Positions 58,973 through 64,000 of a stretch of 64,000 bases of DNA are shown here, piece by piece (the stretch's first letter is position 1; every line of letters begins with the position of its first letter). A program made the translations under genes and the position numbers. Under the pieces are notes generated by a model. That model did not search any database. It was not told the origin of the DNA and saw only the letters and a list, made by a program, of their open reading frames with translations. The DNA lies in contig NC_058373.1 in assembly GCF_018350175.1 (NCBI RefSeq), positions 100,876,001 through 100,940,000 on the forward strand. The letters are read 5' to 3'. Source of the DNA: Felis catus. Its lineage: Eukaryota.

Positions 58973-61699
58973 AACGAGAGGGGGGCTTTGCACAGATGGC
59001 AGTGAGCCACAAACTGAGGGATATAATTCCCAATATTGTACAGCCAAGGTTCAAAGAGGAAGACAAGAAAGAGAAGGGGGAAACATTTAGCCAGGTTAGG
59101 AGGGAAGCCCACTGATAAGTGGGGCAAAGCTGGAAGCCAGCGCCGTCTGGCTTCTCTTGGTCCCATCACTAACTTGGGCTGAGGTTATCTGGCCCCTGTT
59201 TCCCCATATTCTAGCTGTCTGACACAGAAGGGGAGAGAGGCAGAGGCCCCTGGAGAGGTTGAGTGTCCACTGGAACACTGATTATAAGACATGGGAGAAA
59301 TGTAGGTCAGTCTTGAGTTGCAACCAGGACTCTCCACGAAAGCCAGCAGGAAGTAGCACCCCTGCCACCTAGGACTTTTTCAGACCTTCGTTTCTTCCCT
59401 GTAAAAGTGAGATGGTCTAATCTTAGATCTCTGTTCCTAAGTCCCGATGGTTTGTGATTCCCCTGGCACAAGCTCATCGCTCATGAAAACATGTGGGGAG
59501 AGGGTGCCCAGAAAGTGTGAGCCCTCTCTTCTCTGCGGACCCACTAAGGAAACAGCCTGCTGCCCTCCGTGACCCAATGGCCAAGTGCACACGGGATCTT
59601 GTCCCAGTCGCCTTCCTGTTAGACAGAGGAGTCAGGCAAACACGTTTGCTCTGATCCTTTAAAAAATTCTTCCTTGGAATTCTTCTAAGGAAATGTGATA
59701 TGCAGAGATAACAGATAAAACTGGCACGTTTAAAGTTGGGGCTTTTGGGGCTGTTTTATATTAATCATTCCTTTGGGTGATTAATTAGCCAGCATCATCT
59801 GAAGACTAAGAAATAAGGTAGAATTACACTTTCTATAGAAACCATGTGAAAGTAAGCTCCTCTTTTAAAAGGCTCAAACTACGAAAACCAAGAACACTCT
59901 AAAATAAAATACTCTTTTCATCAAGAACTTTTTTATTAGGAAAATATTGAAACTTCCCTTGCTCCTTATCTCTTCTGAATATTTTCATTTTCCCCCTAGG
60001 ACTTGAACATCTCTTGTCTTCACAGAAATGGACATTTATTATCTAAGCCCCCACTACAAGGTTGTTAAAAATCAATACTAACATGCCTCACCTCTTTTTC
60101 TGATAGCTTCAGCTCTAAGCTGCTCCCTAAAGAGGTCAGTGTCCACCTCTTCCACTCACAGTGATGAGTCTCATTAGAGGAAGATTGTCACTCAATGTGT
60201 AGCATGACTATGTTGCTCTATCAGGGAAAAAAGTGTCTTTTAAACACTAATGCTGAATTGTACATTTGCATTAATCCTGATGAAGAAAGGCCCCCATTAG
60301 TTTTTCTGGCTAGGGAACACTTCCCGCAGAATGACAGAGATGTCCTCCCCCATGGAATCAGCACACTGTGGCACATTGTTGGGGTGGTGGTCAGATGGGC
60401 TGCTCTTTCCCGAAGGAAGATCCACCTCGCTATTGGTGATTACTGCAAAGGACCAGATGTTTTTCTTTAACCTCCTATTGGTTCTAATCTCCCTCAATCT
60501 TTGATCCCAGCCCCACTTGAAAGTAACCCCTCATTTAGCTCCTCTTGGGTGGTCCTCAGTGGAGATTTAGTTAATTCTAACTTCTTGTACAGTCTTCCCC
60601 CATGTGCTTCCATGGTAAAATTCTACCTTTCTAATTGCTAAGAGGAAAATTGTTAATCCTTTTGATTCAGGGAGCAGTGTAATAGCCTTAAAATTGGCAA
60701 CTTAATTGAAAAACTCAGAAATTGCTGACTCCTTGTGGTAGTCCTTTAATAGCATTTCCTTCCCCCTTCTTCATTTTTTTCCCAGAGTAAAAGAAAAGAA
60801 AAGAAAAGAAATGAAATGTTATTTTAAATGTGCCTACGAAAGTCTCTCTTCTTGTTATCTCTCTCTATGCCAAGATCCTGTTTGGATTTCATGCATAGTC
60901 TCAGGTATTTTATTGGTTGTTACAGATCAGCTTAATGGGTGATTATAGAAAATACTCACCAGAATACAGAAAGGACATGTGACACTGACTAATGGGAAAT
61001 AGAAATTCTTCCCCCTCCCTCCTTTTCCATTATGTAAGAATAAACAACTTAAATTGCTACCCTTAGATTCCCAGGGTTGTCTAGGCTACATATGTCAAAT
61101 GTCAGTGTGAGTTTTGGAGATTAAGTTATTCTGCAATGCGACTGGTATATATTAATATTCTCTTGACTTCATTATCAAAAACCAACCAAACAAGCTAGTT
61201 TTTTGAAAGAGATTTCCAATTTTGCTTTGGGTTCATAAAAGTAAATTCTTTTAGAATCCTGGGAATAAAAAGGTTTCTGGGTTCTTGGCATAGGCCATTG
61301 ATCTTACTTATGAATAGAGAAAAGGTCAAGGATTTTGCTTATTTGTTTTCCATAGGCACTCTAAATTTTAAAAGATTTGGAGACTTTTAAGGGACTTTTA
61401 AGAGACACTTAATTTGTTACAGATGCATTAACATATTGAATTTATGTGAAAGAGTGAAGGCCAGGCAAAGGATATTGGGTTCATTATTTATTAGCGGAGC
61501 TAGTCAAAACTTCCCTGTTTTAACCAAGTGGTGGTTTGGCCCCTATTCAAGAAGGCATCTCTTAATATTGCTGTCCCCAGCAATTAATGTACACTGAGAG
61601 GGTGGGTGTGCCTTTGCTCTACCCTACCATATTGGATTCTAGACTGTGCAGATCTATCTTGCTTCTGTTCAGACTGGACATAATGCTTCTGAGTAATCA

Positions 61700-62195
61700 T
61701 TTCAAAGTATGTGCTGCTCTTGCTTTCCACCCAAAATGAGACTCACCAGTTAGACCTACAAATTATACAGAGTCTGAGCTCTTCCCCCCATCATGTCTCA
61801 TTTCCCACTGTATCCCCCCTACTTTCTCCACACCAAACACACTGGTTTTTTTCTCAGTGCCTCTTACCATGCTCCCTCCTCCTGCATGGAAAACTATTCC
61901 TTGATGGTCACACTGTTTATTCCTGCTCAGTGTCTGTCTCCTCATGATAGTCTTCTCTTCCTGATCATGTCACATCGGTTATGGTAAGCTCTCATATTAT
62001 CATGTTCTTCAGATCACAGTTCTAATTTTATATTTATGTCTTATTTGATTGTCTTTCTATTCCACTATTTTTAGAGCTTCATGAAGGTAGAGACAGAGTT
62101 GAGTGTTGTTCACTCTTATGTCTCCCGTGCTTAGGAACTGGTAGTAAGTATTCAATAAATGTCTGTAGAATGAATGAAAGAATAAGTGAATGGAG
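61700..62195 (+). mobile_element. L2 3' region
   Basis: gagcttcatgaaggtagagac ... gtagtaagtattcaataaatgtctgtagaatgaatgaa. Confidence 0.75.
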
Positions 62196-62197
62196 GA

Positions 62198-62267
<70 letters not shown>
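62196..62267. repeat. Perfect (GAAA)18 microsatellite
   Basis: 72 bp uninterrupted, directly after the L2 (TGAA)n tail. Confidence 0.97.
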
Positions 62268-62269
<2 letters not shown>

Positions 62270-62973
62270 GTAACATTAAGATTCACTTAAGCTGCACCTG
62301 ACAATTTCATGTAAGAGTTCAATGGTTTTATTCCAAAGCCCATACTTTTGGGTATATCTGCATCCCCTCTCTAGTATTATTACATTTCTAGGAAACAAGT
62401 TTCTCTTGTTTAGTTCTCAGTGCAATCTCAGACAGTGGTAGGGGCCAGGACCATCCCTGTGGGGCTTTAGAACAGAGAACACAATAACACACACTCTACT
62501 TTTTCCTGTACAGAGAAATGCGTTCATATTAGAGAAGTGGAGAAGAAGTAGAGACAGCATAAAAAGACAAAGGCAGCTTGAAAGGTATGTTGGGAGGAAT
62601 GTGGGTATGTGGATCTTGGTTAATGACTCATCAGAATTTCAAGGCTGATTTAGTATGTAAAAAGTCTGGAGTTTCTCTGAACACCAGCCTGCAGTGGCCA
62701 CTTTCCTATTTTATCCCCCTGGGGGAGATATGCCTTGCCTCCACTGGAATCATAACATAACTGTCAGAGTCATATTGCATTAGCTATGCAAACTGCTAAC
62801 CATAAGCAATTCTGTCCAGTAATGGTATATCTCAAAATGGATTAAAATTGAGCATACCATGTTCCAGTTGCCTATCATTCTCTTTATCTCCTCATGGAGC
62901 TTCTGTGACCCTTGGGGACCCTGACCACACTGGCTGACCTTGAAGGACAGCTATTGATAAGTAACTTCCCTTT

Positions 62974-63199
62974 AAAAAAATTTTTTTTAATGTTTATTTA
63001 TTTTTGAGAGAGAGACAAAGACAGAGACAGAGCATGAGTGGGGGAGGGGCAGAGCAAAAGGAAAACACAGAATCGAAAGCAGGTTCCAGGCTCTGAGCTG
63101 TCAGCACAGAGCCCGATGCAGGGCTCGAACCCACTATCTGCAAGATCATGACCTGAGCCGAAGTCAGACGCTTAACTGACTGAACCACTCAGGCACCCC
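62974..63199 (-). mobile_element. CAN-SINE
   Basis: TSD ATAAGT(A/G)ACTTCCCTTT at 62957-62973 and 63201-63217. Confidence 0.96.
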
Positions 63200-64000
63200 A
63201 ATAAGTGACTTCCCTTTAAATAATTGCCCATACCCCTGGAGTTTCCTATCAGATTATCTGTAGCAGAATCCAAAGTTTCTCTTTCAAATTTAGCCTTCAC
63301 CCTGGGAACAGAAGCTAAAAATCCCATATTAAAACTAGTTTTATGAAGTTTTCCTACTTATTTATGTTATTATTTCACATTTTAATTAATATTTTTTCTT
63401 TAAAATTGTGTTCTTGAGAGATTTAAAGCAAAAATTAAATTTCATTATGTCTCCTACCCACATCTGTCCCTGTAGAGTTTACATTGTTGCATTGAATGAG
63501 ACAAACTTTACCTTTTTTTGTAAGAAAAGTTTATCTTTCTGCTGGTGATTGCCAAGGGGAAAACATAGAATTTTATCAAGCTATTTCTTCTCTGCTCTAT
63601 CCATTGCTTGTCAAATTTAGAAACAAAAATTGGAAAATCTCACACTTCCCAAATGAATCCCTTTGGTAAATAAAACCTCAGCTCCATTTTGCCACACTGC
63701 ATATGATAGTGCTTTTAAAAAGCATTTAAACATAGGTAACAATGTGTCTTAAAGACTGGAACTATTGATTTATAAAGTTAAGTGTGAATAAAATCTAAAG
63801 ACAAATAGTGTATCATTAAAAAGTGAAATAATATTATTTTGATTCATACTTGACAATTTTTGAAAGAATGTTAAGCTCTTACATAAATACATGGCTTCCC
63901 CAGCTGTTCAAATAGTATGATTAATTAAATGGATTCTGTCTGAAAACCAACACTGGCTCTTGTTCTCAGGTTGCAAATATGTCCAATGTAAAGGGAAATG

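Noticed and set aside
1..64000. A novel multi-gene system, host gene or CRISPR-like array
   Set aside because: The only recognisable peptides are L1-derived. The recurring ~200-bp units are dispersed CAN-SINEs with individual TSDs, not regularly spaced repeats. No coherent exon chain was found by eye, although small exons cannot be excluded without alignment.

Overview
This is mammalian, almost certainly felid (cat-family), non-coding genomic DNA. I found no host protein-coding exon, functional RNA gene, CRISPR array or prokaryotic feature. The species call rests on 19 carnivore CAN-SINEs, three of them young, CpG-intact SINEC_Fc-type copies. The window opens with the 5' 5.5 kb of a dead, apparently full-length carnivore LINE-1 on the minus strand (5'UTR, ORF1, and the EN and RT parts of ORF2, all disrupted). 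The rest holds older L1 fragments, MaLR/ERV LTRs, L2, MIR and CR1 relics, a mariner MITE and microsatellites, with several TE-poor stretches that may contain conserved regulatory elements. The sequence does not support a previously undescribed multi-gene system. The most notable details are: a 102-bp 5'-only, tailless L1-like insert with a 17-bp TSD inside a MER21-like LTR; a perfect GGG(TTAGGG)3 interstitial telomeric tract; an (ATAC)n microsatellite flanked by a perfect 13-bp TSD; and a CTCF/NRF1/YY1-ETS motif cluster inside the L1 5'UTR. Repeat subfamily names come from recalled consensus sequences, not from a database run, and the boundaries of old repeats are approximate.
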